From assembly GCA_000175855.1 (NCBI GenBank), contig ACYB01000019.1, forward strand, positions 54,084 through 86,083: DNA of 32,000 nt. Direction: 5' to 3'. Positions 1 to 10,628 of this stretch are shown here, one piece after another; position 1 is the first letter of the stretch, and each line of letters starts with the position of its first letter. Under the pieces are notes generated by a model. That model ran no database searches. It was not told the origin of the DNA and was given only the letters and a program-made list of their open reading frames with translations. This stretch comes from Raphidiopsis brookii D9. GTDB taxonomy: Bacteria > Cyanobacteriota > Cyanobacteriia > Cyanobacteriales > Nostocaceae. A program made the translations under genes and the position numbers.

Positions 1-296
1 CTAGCATTAATATCCAGTGTATCCTTGTGCCTTACCAAAGATAAACCTAAAGCAGTTAAAACTTGACCCATCCTTTCTACGTCCGCTAACAAAGGGACAT
101 TACTAATCCGACAATCTCCAGAGCAAAGCAAAGCTCCAGCCATGATTACCAGGGCTGAATTTTTGGCCCCGCTAATTCTTACATTCCCTTCCAGGGAATA
201 TCCACCACAAATTTTTAAGACTGAGGAGTCTAATTGGGTATCTGACAGGGTGCTAGGAGAATTAATAAGCCTACCTCCTTTAAGATTTACAGTCAT
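1..296 (-). CDS. murA: UDP-N-acetylglucosamine 1-carboxyvinyltransferase, N-terminal part (gene runs off the left edge)
   Basis: Minus-strand frame from ATG at 296 reads [84 protein letters not shown]; the '[15 protein letters not shown]' motif is typical of MurA. Confidence 0.9.
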   Translation of the reverse strand, partial: MTVNLKGGRLINSPSTLSDTQLDSSVLKICGGYSLEGNVRISGAKNSALVIMAGALLCSGDCRISNVPLLADVERMGQVLTALGLSLVRHKDTLDINA

Positions 297-399
297 AGGT
301 GTTCGCGTTCAGTTTTAGATTCTACAGCAAAGTTTACTAGTTCTCTTGACAATCCCCAAGATTTACGTCATCATATTAGTTCAGTAATAAATGTAATGT

Positions 400-480
400 G
401 CGGAACTGGCGGAATTGGCAGACGCGCTAGATTCAGGTTCTAGTGCCGCAAGGCTTCCGGGTTCAAGTCCCGGGTTCCGC
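400..480 (+). tRNA. tRNA-Leu, anticodon CAG (CCA not encoded)
   Basis: Acceptor arms GCGGAAC/GTTCCGC pair; anticodon stem CTAGA-TTCAGGT-TCTAG; variable arm TGCCGCAAGGC; T arm CCGGGTTCAAGTCCCGG. Confidence 0.93.
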
Positions 481-511
481 ATTTGGGCAGTTATTAGTCC
501 TTGGGAGTGTT

Positions 512-1303
512 GTGCTGACCAGTTTACAAAATCCTCTAGTTAAGCAGATCCGTAAGTTACACTCCGCTAAGGAGAGACATAAACAACAGTTGTTTGTGTT
601 GGAGGGAACCCATTTAATTGCAGAGGCTTGTAGTGTAAATTACCCATTGGAAACGGTTTGTTGCACTATAGATTGGCAAAATTCCCATTCGGAATTGTGG
701 CAAAATGTTTGTAATGCTTGTCATCGTGTGGAAATAGTCAGCCAAGAGGTTTTAGCAGCTATGGCCACCACGGTCCAACCGGATGGTGTGGTGGCCATGG
801 TCAAACGTTGTGAAGAAAACCCTATTCCCATAACGGGGTTGGCCCTGGCCCTGGAAACTATTCAGGATCCAGGTAATTTGGGAACTATCATCCGTACTGC
901 TGCTGCTGTGGATGCTTCCGGTTTATGGTTAAGTAATGATAGTGTGGATTTAGACCACCCCAAGGTCTTGCGGGCTTCTGCTGGACAGTGGTTTCGCTTA
1001 AAAAAGCAGGTGAGCCACAACCTAAAGGACACTGTACAAGATTGTCAACGGGGGGGTATGCAAGTGGTTGCTACCCTACCAACAGCTGAGTTAACCTATT
1101 GGCAAGTGGACTGGTCTTTACCAAGTCTTATTTTACTGGGCAATGAAGGTGCTGGTTTATCAGATGACTTGGCCACAATGGCAAATATACAAGTTAAAAT
1201 ACCTCTTAGCCCTCAAGTTGAATCCTTAAATGTGGCTATATCTGCCGCTTTAATATTATATGAGGCGCAGCGACAAAAAGCTTGTGGAAAAAATACAAAC
1301 TAG
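512..1303 (+). CDS. TrmH/SpoU-family RNA 2'-O-methyltransferase
   Basis: LVLEGTHLIAEA.., 'LETIQDPGNLGTIIRTAAAVDASG', 'LLGNEGAGL', 'IPLSPQVESLNVAISAALILYEAQRQ' match SpoU motifs. The supplied ORF start (443) lies inside the tRNA, so GTG 512 (VLTSLQNPLVKQIRKLH) is the likelier start. Confidence 0.88.
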   Translation: MLTSLQNPLVKQIRKLHSAKERHKQQLFVLEGTHLIAEACSVNYPLETVCCTIDWQNSHSELWQNVCNACHRVEIVSQEVLAAMATTVQPDGVVAMVKRCEENPIPITGLALALETIQDPGNLGTIIRTAAAVDASGLWLSNDSVDLDHPKVLRASAGQWFRLKKQVSHNLKDTVQDCQRGGMQVVATLPTAELTYWQVDWSLPSLILLGNEGAGLSDDLATMANIQVKIPLSPQVESLNVAISAALILYEAQRQKACGKNTN

Positions 1304-1321
1304 TATTTGACAGGAAAGAGA

Positions 1322-1888
1322 ATGAGTCAGTTTTTGATTAATACTTTTACTAGTCTGAGTATGTTGGCAGCGTTTACCGTGATATCGGGTTGTAACATGT
1401 CCTTATTTGAGAATACAGATATTAAGGATGTTGTAGAGAAAGTAAGTGATGGGGACACACTGATATTAAGAGAAGGTGGTGGAGAAAAACACAAAGTACG
1501 ACTGGGTTGTATAGATGCACCAGAGATACCCCATTCCTCTACGCAAAAGAGGAGTAAGAAAAGGCGGGATATGAATCAGTTTAATTGGGGGGTAAAGGCA
1601 AAAAATCGTCTGGCACAATTGATTAAAAATTCAGGGGGTAGGGTGAAAATAAATGTTGTTGACCAAGACGAATATGGTAGAAAAGTTATAGAATTGCGGT
1701 TGAGAGATGATACTTTAGTACAAGAAGTTTTATTGACAGAAGGCTTGGCAAAAGTCTATCCGGAATACATGAAGCTATGTAGTAGTAAAGATATTATGCT
1801 ACGGGCGCAAACCCAGGCCCAAAGACAAAAAATAGGAATCTGGGGTGATGATGAATTTATTAATCCCTGGGAATATCGCAAACTATAG
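1322..1888 (+). CDS. Thermonuclease/SNase-like protein with N-terminal signal/lipobox
   Basis: MSQFLINTFTSLSMLAAFTVISGC.. signal/lipobox-like; 'VSDGDTLILR..VRLGCIDAPEIP', 'DQDEYGRKVIELRL', 'EGLAKVYPEY' SNase motifs. Confidence 0.82.
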   Translation: MSQFLINTFTSLSMLAAFTVISGCNMSLFENTDIKDVVEKVSDGDTLILREGGGEKHKVRLGCIDAPEIPHSSTQKRSKKRRDMNQFNWGVKAKNRLAQLIKNSGGRVKINVVDQDEYGRKVIELRLRDDTLVQEVLLTEGLAKVYPEYMKLCSSKDIMLRAQTQAQRQKIGIWGDDEFINPWEYRKL

Positions 1889-1956
1889 GGATAAGTGGAT
1901 GGCAACCCGGGTTTTTAAAAACTACAGTAGGATATATAATCTACAATTAATTTACG

Positions 1957-2796
1957 ATGAATAACAAATTACCCAAGTACGAATCCTTAGTGAAAACATC
2001 CGGTAGCTTGTCGGACCAACCGTTGATTGAACTCAGAGGTGTTTCTAAATCATTTGGAAGAACTAGGGTTTTAGACAGTGTAGATTTACAAATTTACAGA
2101 GGAGAAGCGCTGGGAATTATTGGACCATCAGGAACGGGAAAATCAACCATCCTAAGAATTATAGCAGGCCTACTAGAACCCGATGCAGGAGAAATTTATA
2201 TTCAAGGAAAAAAACGCAATGGTTTAATTGAGGATAATAAAGACCCCATTGGCATTGGCATGGTATTTCAACAGGCGGCCTTGTTTGATTCCTTAAATGT
2301 AGATGAAAATGTGGGATTCCTATTATATCAAAAATCAAAACTAGCCCCCAATCGAATTCGCAACCTAGTCAACGAAAAATTAGAAATGGTGGGGTTATCA
2401 GCTGAAATTGCTAATCTTTACCCTTCGGAACTTTCCGGTGGGATGCGAAAAAGGGTAAGTTTTGCCCGTGCTATCATGTCCAATCCTGACTACCCTCGTG
2501 ATACTCCGGAAGTTCTACTATACGATGAACCCACTGCTGGGCTTGATCCAATCGCCTCTACCGTTATAGAGGATCTGATCCGTAACTTGCAACATACTCA
2601 GGGCGTTTGCAGTACTTACTGCATTGTTACCCACCAAGATAGCACAATCAGACGCACAGCGGATAAGTTAATATTTCTTTACCAAGGCAAGGTACAATGG
2701 CAAGGTAAAATAAGTGAAATAGATTACACTGATAATCAGTTAATCAGACAATTTATGAGTGGTAGTATCCAGGGACCAATTCAGGTGATTGGCTAA
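1957..2796 (+). CDS. ABC transporter ATPase of the Mla/MCE lipid-transport type
   Basis: Walker A GPSGTGKS, signature LSGGMRKRVSFARA, Walker B VLLYDEPTAGLDPI. Confidence 0.92.
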   Translation: MNNKLPKYESLVKTSGSLSDQPLIELRGVSKSFGRTRVLDSVDLQIYRGEALGIIGPSGTGKSTILRIIAGLLEPDAGEIYIQGKKRNGLIEDNKDPIGIGMVFQQAALFDSLNVDENVGFLLYQKSKLAPNRIRNLVNEKLEMVGLSAEIANLYPSELSGGMRKRVSFARAIMSNPDYPRDTPEVLLYDEPTAGLDPIASTVIEDLIRNLQHTQGVCSTYCIVTHQDSTIRRTADKLIFLYQGKVQWQGKISEIDYTDNQLIRQFMSGSIQGPIQVIG

Positions 2797-2820
2797 TAAC
2801 CAGTATGAGAGGGGGATTGA

Positions 2821-4239
2821 ATGAGTGGATTCAAAACTACAAGGACTTTTAGAGAAGGTGCAGTAGGATTAATTTTCCTAATTGGTTTGGGAGCATTTGG
2901 TGTGATTTTTTTATGGTTAAATCGAGTCACCCCAGGTCGTAGTTCCTATCAGGTAATAGTGGAATTTGCTGATGCTGGAGGTATGCAAAAAGGCGATCCG
3001 GTCCGCTATCGGGGGGTGAAAGTGGGTAGTATTGCCAGGATGACTACTAAACCAAATGCGGTGGAAGTCGAGCTGGAAATCAATGACCCCAATTTACTCA
3101 TTCCTGCAGATTCAAGAATAGAAGCTAATCAAAGTGGTTTAATCAGTGAAAGTATTGTTGATATCACTCCCATAGGCGATGTTACCTTAGATCCTAACAC
3201 TGCTAAACCCCTGGATAAGGATTGTAATCCCGGTTTGATCATCTGTCATCAGTCCGGTAAGTTAAGGGGTCAAATTGGCACTAGTGTTGACAGACTGATT
3301 AGACAGTCGTCGGATTTTGCTGATAAATACGGAAATAAGGAATTTTACGATAATGTTAATCGGTTGTTAATTACTTCAACAGATGCAGCAGCTAGTATAG
3401 CTAAGCTAAGTCGAGAATTACAAGTTGCTAGCAGAAGTTTTCAGGGAGAAGTGGGAAAATTTTCTGATACTGCTGTGACTATTCAACGTGCAACTAATGA
3501 ACTTACTGCTACTACTAAACAAACAGCAGCACAGATTAATACAACCGCTGGTGATTTTAGTACAACGGCAAAGCAAGCAGGTAAACTAATTAACAATCTC
3601 GATGATTTATTGACCACAAATCGTTCAGCATTAGTCAGTACTTTGAATAATATTAATGAAACAAGTAATCAATTGAGGCAAACAGTTAATGCGCTCTCAC
3701 CAGCTGTAACCAGATTAACCCAAGGAGATATACTCAAGAACCTGGAGATTCTGTCAGCTAATGCAGCAGAGGCTTCGATTAGTTTAAAAGATGCTAGTAA
3801 GACATTGGCAGATCCTAAAAACATAGTTTTATTGCAGCAAACACTGGATGCAGCAAGAGTCACCTTTGAAAATACTCAAAAAATCACATCTGATTTAGAT
3901 GAGTTAACGGGAGATCCTAAATTCCGGCAAAATTTGTTGCAACTGGTCAATGGCTTGAATAAGTTGCTATCTTCCACAGGGGATATGCAGGAACAAACAA
4001 AAGTGGCCTTGACTTTGGACTCGATTAAACTATCAATCAATCAGGGTTCTAGTCAGTCTAAGTCAGAAACGACTTCCGATTTAGGAGTTAGCAATCATGG
4101 AGTAAAAGCAGAAAAGTTGGAAAAACAAGAAAATCGAGTGGTTCCTTCCGTTATTGTAACTCCTAATCCGGTGATAGAAATTACCCCTGTACCCGAGTTA
4201 TTGCCAGAGCCAGTTTTGCCATCCTCCCAGGAACCCTAG
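2821..4239 (+). CDS. MlaD/MCE-domain substrate-binding protein
   Basis: N-terminal TM helix followed by 'YQVIVEFADAGGMQKGDPVRYRGVKVGSI'; long helical C-terminus; directly downstream of the ATPase gene. Confidence 0.9.
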   Translation: MSGFKTTRTFREGAVGLIFLIGLGAFGVIFLWLNRVTPGRSSYQVIVEFADAGGMQKGDPVRYRGVKVGSIARMTTKPNAVEVELEINDPNLLIPADSRIEANQSGLISESIVDITPIGDVTLDPNTAKPLDKDCNPGLIICHQSGKLRGQIGTSVDRLIRQSSDFADKYGNKEFYDNVNRLLITSTDAAASIAKLSRELQVASRSFQGEVGKFSDTAVTIQRATNELTATTKQTAAQINTTAGDFSTTAKQAGKLINNLDDLLTTNRSALVSTLNNINETSNQLRQTVNALSPAVTRLTQGDILKNLEILSANAAEASISLKDASKTLADPKNIVLLQQTLDAARVTFENTQKITSDLDELTGDPKFRQNLLQLVNGLNKLLSSTGDMQEQTKVALTLDSIKLSINQGSSQSKSETTSDLGVSNHGVKAEKLEKQENRVVPSVIVTPNPVIEITPVPELLPEPVLPSSQEP

Positions 4240-4241
4240 AC

Positions 4242-4538
4242 CTAGTTCCAATCTTCTTCCTCTCTTTTAGCATGACTTTTGTAAATCCCGCCCAGATGGT
4301 GAATGGCTCGTGTTTTGACAAAGAGTTCTTCCGTAGTTAAACCCCAGAGTTGTAAAATGCGGTCTAAATCATTCTGTAGGTCTCGAGCTCCTGGAAAACC
4401 CTGATATCTGATTTTTAGTCGAGCCAGTTCCGCTAAATTGTAATCTGTTTTCTCCTCAGATAGTAGACTATTAATAGTCAGGCGATCGCGGTGATAGCGG
4501 GGGTGATTTTGTTCTTTGGAGGGAGAAGTGTCTGTCAT
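4242..4538 (-). CDS. DUF3288-family small cyanobacterial protein
   Basis: 98-aa ORF 'QNHPRYHRDRLTINSLLSEEKTDYNLAELARLKIRYQGFPGARDLQNDLDRIL' recalled as typical of DUF3288. Confidence 0.7.
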   Translation of the reverse strand: MTDTSPSKEQNHPRYHRDRLTINSLLSEEKTDYNLAELARLKIRYQGFPGARDLQNDLDRILQLWGLTTEELFVKTRAIHHLGGIYKSHAKREEEDWN

Positions 4539-5079
4539 AAATATTACTTAAATATTACAGGTTTAAGTGGGAGAGGTGAATAATTGAGGATTGTTATATT
4601 ATGTTATACCATTATAACAAATACAAAGCATACCATACCAGACCTATAATATGGGGATAGGAGTTAATGACGGCTACCACATCCAGGTTAATACGGCTCT
4701 CACCACTGCCAAATATGCTCAAATAAGGATATTCTGGATGTAATTCCAGTGTCTTTAAGACTATTGCCCAATTTCGGATCAAAGTGGTACTATTAAACCA
4801 ACAACCCAAGAATAACCATCTGCGGTGAGGATTCATCTTAAGTATGGAGAAATGCCAGCAGAAGCTTGGTTTATGTTAGTTCAGTACATCAGTACGAAGG
4901 ATATGCTTGATAACTTTATTCCTTCAACCTCTAGGGATAGGCAATATCAGGTTAACTCTAGGAACCGAAATTGGTCTACGAGGAGTTTACCCACTTATGC
5001 TAATTGGCACAGGTTGAATAAAATCGATTAGTGTATTTGTTAGCAGTAGTTAGCAAAAATATCGGAGAAAGAACCCGCT

Positions 5080-7532
5080 ATGTTTGAACACTTTACATCC
5101 GAAGCCATTAGGGTAATTATGTTAGCGCAGGAGGAGGCACGCCGCCTGGGTCATAACTTTGTCGGCACAGAACAGATTCTCCTGGGCTTAATAGGGGAAG
5201 GAACAGGTGTTGCGGCGAAGGTTCTGACAGATTTGGGTGTGACCCTCAAGGATGCGCGTCGGGAAGTTGAAAAATTATTGGTAGGGGTTCTGGTTTCGTC
5301 CCACCCGAAATCCCTTTCACCCCGAAAGTCAAGAGTCTATTTGAGCAGTCTTTTAGAGAAGCTCACGGTCTTGGTCACAACTACATAAACACAGAACACT
5401 TATTGTTAGGATTAACTGATGCGGGAGAAGGGGTTGCAGCCAAGGTATTAAAGAGCCTTGGGATTGAACTACAGACAGTCCGCAGTAGAGTGATGAGTAT
5501 ATTGGGTGAAGATAATAGAGTGGTTGCTGGTCGTCAAGACAACCCCAGGCGCAACCAGAATCTCAGTATAGAAGAATTTGGACGTAACCTCACCAAGTTG
5601 GCCCAACAGGGGAGGTTAGATCCGGTAGTGGGTCGACAAACGGAGATTGAACGCACCGTACAAATATTGGGTCGTCGTACCAAGAATAATCCTGTGTTAA
5701 TTGGTGAACCTGGGGTGGGGAAAACCGCAATTGCTGAAGGTTTAGCCCAACGGATTGTGAACCAGGATGTTCCCGAAATATTGCTGAATAAACAGGTAAT
5801 TAGTCTGGATATGGGCTTGCTGGTTGCGGGAACACGCTTCCGGGGAGATTTTGAAGAGCGTCTGAAAAAGGTGATGGAGGATATTCGCTCCGTCGGCAAT
5901 ATTATCTTGGTGATTGATGAAATTCACACTATTGTAGGTGCTGGCGGTACGGAAGGAGGTTTGGATGCGGCCAACATACTCAAACCCGCCCTGGCCAGGG
6001 GTGAACTACAATGTATCGGTGCCACCACTTTGGATGAATATCGGAAGTATATTGAGCGGGATGCAGCTTTAGAAAGACGTTTTCAACCAATTTTGGTAGG
6101 GGAACCATCAGTGGCAGAAACCATAGAAATTCTTCGAGGTCTGCGCAGTGCTTATGAGCAACATCACAAGGTAAATATTTCCGATGATGCGGTTATTGCT
6201 GCAGCTGAGTTATCAGATAGGTACATCAGCGATCGCTTTCTGCCTGATAAAGCCATAGACCTAATAGACGAAGCTGGTTCTCGGGTAAGGTTAAGGCACT
6301 CCCGAATCATTGATAACAAAGAGCTGAAACAACAACTGAAAAATACCAGCCAGGAGAAAGCGGAAGCGGTAAGAGTTCAAGACTTTGGCAAAGCTAGTAA
6401 ACTCCGTCAGGAAGAGCTAGATTTACAAACCCAACTAGCGATCGCGCAAAATTTGCCCAGGATTACCATTCCCCAGGTAGACGAAGAGGATATTGCCGAA
6501 ATAGTGTCCTCCTGGACGGGAGTACCTGTCAATAAACTGACTGAATCTGAATCTGAGTTGTTGTTGCATCTAGAAGATACACTGCATAAAAGACTAATTG
6601 GACAGGAACAAGCGGTTACAGCAGTTTCCCGTTCTCTTCGTCGCGCCCGCGTGGGGTTAAAAAGTCCTAATCGTCCCATAGCTAGTTTTATCTTCAGTGG
6701 ACCTACAGGGGTGGGGAAAACCGAACTAGCTAAGGCTTTAGCAGCCTACTTCTTCGGTGCGGAAGATTCCATGATTCGTTTAGATATGTCCGAATACATG
6801 GAAAGCCATAATGTTTCCAAATTGATTGGTTCGCCTCCAGGTTACGTAGGGTACGATGAGGGTGGACAACTGACGGAGGCGGTAAGGCGTAAACCCTACA
6901 CATTGCTGCTGTTTGACGAAATTGAGAAAGCACATCCCGATGTGTTTAATATGTTGCTGCAAATCCTAGATGACGGTCATCTTACGGATGCTAAAGGTAG
7001 GAAAGTGGACTTCAAGAACACCCTAATTATCTTGACATCCAACATTGGGTCTAAGTTAATTGAAAAGGGTGGTATGAGTTTAGGTTTTGAATTTGATAAT
7101 CAGGCCAACGCTAGTTACAATCGCATTCGCAATCTGGTCAACGAAGAACTTAAGTCCTATTTCCGTCCTGAATTTCTCAATCGAGTAGATGAGATTATCG
7201 TCTTCAGTCAGTTGAATAAAGACGAGGTCAAAGAAATTTCCCAGATCATGCTTGAGGAAGTTGCTAAGCGTCTTCAGGAGAAAGGGATTAAGTTAGAGGT
7301 GACAGAAGCATTTAAAGACCTAGTAGTTACGGAAGGCTATGATCCTAGTTATGGTGCTAGACCATTACGTCGGGCCATAATGAGACTATTAGAGGATTCC
7401 TTAGCGGAGGCCATTTTGTCCGGTGAGATTGGAGAAGATGACCAGGCCATTGTAGATGTTGATGACGATGGTTTGGTGAAGGTGAAGAAAGCAGAAACGC
7501 GTGACTTGGTACTAGTTAGTGCTCCTGCTTAA
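5080..7532 (+). CDS. clpC: ATP-dependent Clp protease ATP-binding subunit ClpC, interrupted by a -1 frameshift near 5270-5274
   Basis: ORF 5080-5388 gives the Clp_N start; ORF 5403-7532 gives the rest ([55 protein letters not shown]). The downstream frame is open back to the A-run and reads [46 protein letters not shown]. Confidence 0.93.
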
Positions 7533-7560
7533 TATTGGTAATGGTTAGTCCTTATCTTTC

Positions 7561-7593
7561 ACAATTCCCATAGATTCTATCCATGGGAATTGT
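7561..7593. terminator. Inverted repeat between convergent clpC and the 7613-8686 gene; possible bidirectional terminator
   Basis: ACAATTCCCAT (7561-7571) and ATGGGAATTGT (7583-7593): 11-bp perfect stem, 11-nt loop; no clear T-tract. Confidence 0.5.
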
Positions 7594-7612
7594 CACTGGT
7601 GGGATTAAGTAA

Positions 7613-8686
7613 CTATAGTGCAAAGTCCATGGTCTCAATAAACTCCAAAATATTCTGCTTCATGTCCTCAGCTTCATCTAGAATGGAACCTCGAAGGTCA
7701 CCAGTAAAAAATGTTCGTTGACTGCTAACTATATACAAAAAATTTCCATTCGTGAAAGTCAATAATCCACGGTATGCATCTAGTCTTGTTGGGTTACCAT
7801 TGTTTTTTCGTTGGGAAATGCTTGAACCTTTAGGCATGTCCACTAGCACATAATAGTAACTACTTAAAGTATCTTGGAGTAAGCTATCCTGTAGGTACTC
7901 AGTGTACTTTATTTCTGCACCTAGGATATGTTTCAAAATAGCTTGGGGTAAATATCTTTCAATTAAAACAGAGTGGAGATATGTTTCTTGTCCTTGTTCC
8001 TCCATGGTTTCTAAATGTTCTTTAGTAAGGGGATAGTAATCAATTCTGATAAAAGTTCCCCCACTGTCAGAGAAACCAACCATTCCCTGTTGACTAACTA
8101 TCTTCCCCCCTCGTTCTGATGTTACAGGTACAACAACTCGGAAATTATTTGAAGGAGATTGGTATATTTCCTGTCCCAATTCATCTACTATAATTTCCGG
8201 TTGTTTTAATTCTTGTGTATCTTCTATATTTTGTGGGTCTTCTATTACTGCTATTACCTCTCTAATAACTTCCTCAGCTTCTATATCCTGCAATTCTAAG
8301 GCTTGTTGTAGTTGTTTGATGTATGACTGTTTTTCCTTAGGTATGGTCATACTCTCTTCTTCCAGTAGCATTACTACACCAGCAGCAAACGCGTCCAAGA
8401 CTATATCACTTTTTAAACTTGTATTGGCAGTATTAAATAGGGAACCTAATCCTTCCTCCTGAGCAATAATTACTAGTCTATTGACCATTTCTAAGATTTC
8501 CTCTTGGGAGTACCCATCAAAAACCTGAAATTCCAGTAAGATATCCGCTAAACTTTCCGTGTCTATATCTTCTATAGTACAGTCAACAGCTGCACTAATA
8601 ATTGCTATAGCTGCTACTGCTTCCTCTGAATTTAGGGATTCAGTTGTAAATGCTGAGGAATTAAAAATTTTATCATACTTGGTCAT
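7613..8686 (-). CDS. Hypothetical protein, possibly with a TerB-like helical N-terminal region
   Basis: 357-aa ORF, acidic helical N-terminus 'EEAVAAIAIISAAVDCTIEDIDTESLADIL...'; family not recognised with certainty. Confidence 0.6.
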   Translation of the reverse strand: MTKYDKIFNSSAFTTESLNSEEAVAAIAIISAAVDCTIEDIDTESLADILLEFQVFDGYSQEEILEMVNRLVIIAQEEGLGSLFNTANTSLKSDIVLDAFAAGVVMLLEEESMTIPKEKQSYIKQLQQALELQDIEAEEVIREVIAVIEDPQNIEDTQELKQPEIIVDELGQEIYQSPSNNFRVVVPVTSERGGKIVSQQGMVGFSDSGGTFIRIDYYPLTKEHLETMEEQGQETYLHSVLIERYLPQAILKHILGAEIKYTEYLQDSLLQDTLSSYYYVLVDMPKGSSISQRKNNGNPTRLDAYRGLLTFTNGNFLYIVSSQRTFFTGDLRGSILDEAEDMKQNILEFIETMDFAL

Positions 8687-9023
8687 AATGATAGATCACC
8701 CTTATTAATTGGTAATATCCCGGTCAGAAAAAATTGACTTTTTATGCTCTCACCAGAAAATTCTGGATTTTTGATTTGACCTTGAACTGGTATATACCCA
8801 GAGAGTTATACTCTGGGTTATCTATAGAGCGCGGTAATAGATCATTAACACCCCAATTAAAATCTGCTGTATTATCTCAAATTATGGTTAATTTTTCTCG
8901 GTTATCCCAGGGAAAAATTGATAGCTTTAGCGAGAATAGGACAGAGTTGATAGATAACGGTGCTTCATTGTATCACAAAAAAGCCAAGTTAGGATTAAAT
9001 TTAACTTAACCACGAAAAAAATA

Positions 9024-10499
9024 ATGACCAAAAGAGCATTTCGTCTTAGTATACTAGGAATATTTATATTCGCCGTCAGTTTACGGTTTTGGGGATTGGC
9101 TAGATTTAATACCTTGGTGTTTGATGAGGTTTACTTTGCACAATTTGGTAATAACTATTTAACAAAAACGCCATTTTTTAATGCTCATCCTCCCTTGAGT
9201 CAGTACATAATTGGTCTAGGAATTTGGATAGGTAGTCATATTCCCTTCTGGCAAAATAGTGTTAATAGTTTGACGGGTTCCCTATTATCTTCTTGGAGTT
9301 ATCGTTGGGCAAATGCCTTAATAGGTTCTTTGATTCCGGTGATAGCTATTTTTTTGAGTTATCAGTTAAGTTATCGTCGTGGTTTTGCACTATTAGCAGG
9401 TTTATTTACAGCTTTAGATGGTTTATTTTTAGTAGAATCTCGTTATGCTTTGAGTAATATATATATAGTACTATTTGGCTTACTTGGGCAATGGTTTTTA
9501 TTTTTGGCATTAGAAAAAAGGCCTGGGCAAAAGTGGGGGAAATTAATAAAATTACTAGTAGCAGGAATTAGCTTTGGTGCTTCCTTAGCCACAAAATGGA
9601 ATGGATTGTGGTTTTTACTAGGTGTTTATGGAATATGGATAGTGGGCTGGATAATTAGGTGGTTACAACCTCGGGAAAATGGATCAAACGAAGAATCAAG
9701 GATGAAAACCGAGCAAGATATGGTGAGAATTCCCCTGGCAAAAATTACCCAGATTAATATTTGGCAGATGGGATTTTTTTTAGGAATTATTCCCCTGATT
9801 ACATATAGTTTGATTTGGATTCCCCACCTCCAACTTGATCGTCGTTATGGATTTATAGAAGTTCATCGACAAATTTTGAACTTTCATCTTCATTTAGGGG
9901 GTAATGATTCTAGTGTTCATCCTTACTGTGCTCCATGGTATAAGTGGCCATTAATGACTCGACCCATGGCTTATTTTTATCAGAAAAGCCAAAGTTTTCA
10001 GGATCCCCTACCTGTGTTTGGACCACCCTTACCAGCTGCATCTGGCAAAGTAATTTATGATGTTCACGCTATGGGTAATCCTCTTTTGTGGTGGTTTGGA
10101 GTTACTGCAATTATATTGTTGTTACAAATTGTATTTATTGGCATTGTTCTTCCATCAATTCAACAAAAACGATTATTTATCCCCAGGAATATCAGTGTCG
10201 ATACTTGGATTGGTTTATACGTAGTTATTAATTATGCTGCTAATTTATTGCCTTGGGTGAGGGTGAGTCGCTGCGTATTTATTTATCACTATATGAGTGC
10301 TTTAGTATTTGTATTTTTGGCTCTAGCTTGGTTTGTGGACTGTTGTTTACGCAGCAGTTACAAGTCAATGCGTATTTTAGGTTGGACTGTTACCGGTTCC
10401 ACAATAGCTGCTTTTATTTTTTGGTTACCAATTTATTTGGGGTTACCACTTTCATCAACAGATTATTGGCTACGTATGTGGTTTAGGAGTTGGATTTAG
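9024..10499 (+). CDS. GT39-like dolichyl-phosphate-mannose--protein mannosyltransferase family membrane protein
   Basis: 'TLVFDEVYFAQFGNNYLTKTPFFNAHPPLSQYIIGLGIWIG', 'ATKWNGLWF', 'WPLMTRPMAYFY' PMT motifs; multiple TM helices. Confidence 0.88.
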   Translation: MTKRAFRLSILGIFIFAVSLRFWGLARFNTLVFDEVYFAQFGNNYLTKTPFFNAHPPLSQYIIGLGIWIGSHIPFWQNSVNSLTGSLLSSWSYRWANALIGSLIPVIAIFLSYQLSYRRGFALLAGLFTALDGLFLVESRYALSNIYIVLFGLLGQWFLFLALEKRPGQKWGKLIKLLVAGISFGASLATKWNGLWFLLGVYGIWIVGWIIRWLQPRENGSNEESRMKTEQDMVRIPLAKITQINIWQMGFFLGIIPLITYSLIWIPHLQLDRRYGFIEVHRQILNFHLHLGGNDSSVHPYCAPWYKWPLMTRPMAYFYQKSQSFQDPLPVFGPPLPAASGKVIYDVHAMGNPLLWWFGVTAIILLLQIVFIGIVLPSIQQKRLFIPRNISVDTWIGLYVVINYAANLLPWVRVSRCVFIYHYMSALVFVFLALAWFVDCCLRSSYKSMRILGWTVTGSTIAAFIFWLPIYLGLPLSSTDYWLRMWFRSWI

Positions 10500-10628
10500 G
10501 AAGGATCAACACCCAAAGCGATCGCACGGTTACTTAAATTTCATAATCCAGTTCCACAACAGCTTATAATTTTACCAAGAGTGGGTAAACATTTAAATCA
10601 AGTGCATTAAAATCCATCTTTACCTGAT

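Noticed and set aside
443-511. Annotated start of the methyltransferase ORF at 443
   Set aside because: Overlaps the tRNA-Leu gene (400-480); the encoded peptide MPQGFRVQVPGSAF is the tRNA T-arm read as protein.
5534-6962. Minus-strand and out-of-frame ORFs inside clpC (121, 61, 90, 67 and 60 aa)
   Set aside because: Shadow ORFs antisense to strongly conserved ClpC coding sequence.
2353-7148. Shared 'NRIRNLVNE(K/E)L' peptide in the Mla-like ATPase and in ClpC
   Set aside because: Similar short strings are normal in both families at these positions; likely coincidence rather than a repeat.
8734-9009. 91-aa ORF upstream of the PMT-like gene
   Set aside because: TTG start, no recognisable motif, intergenic composition; not supported as a gene.
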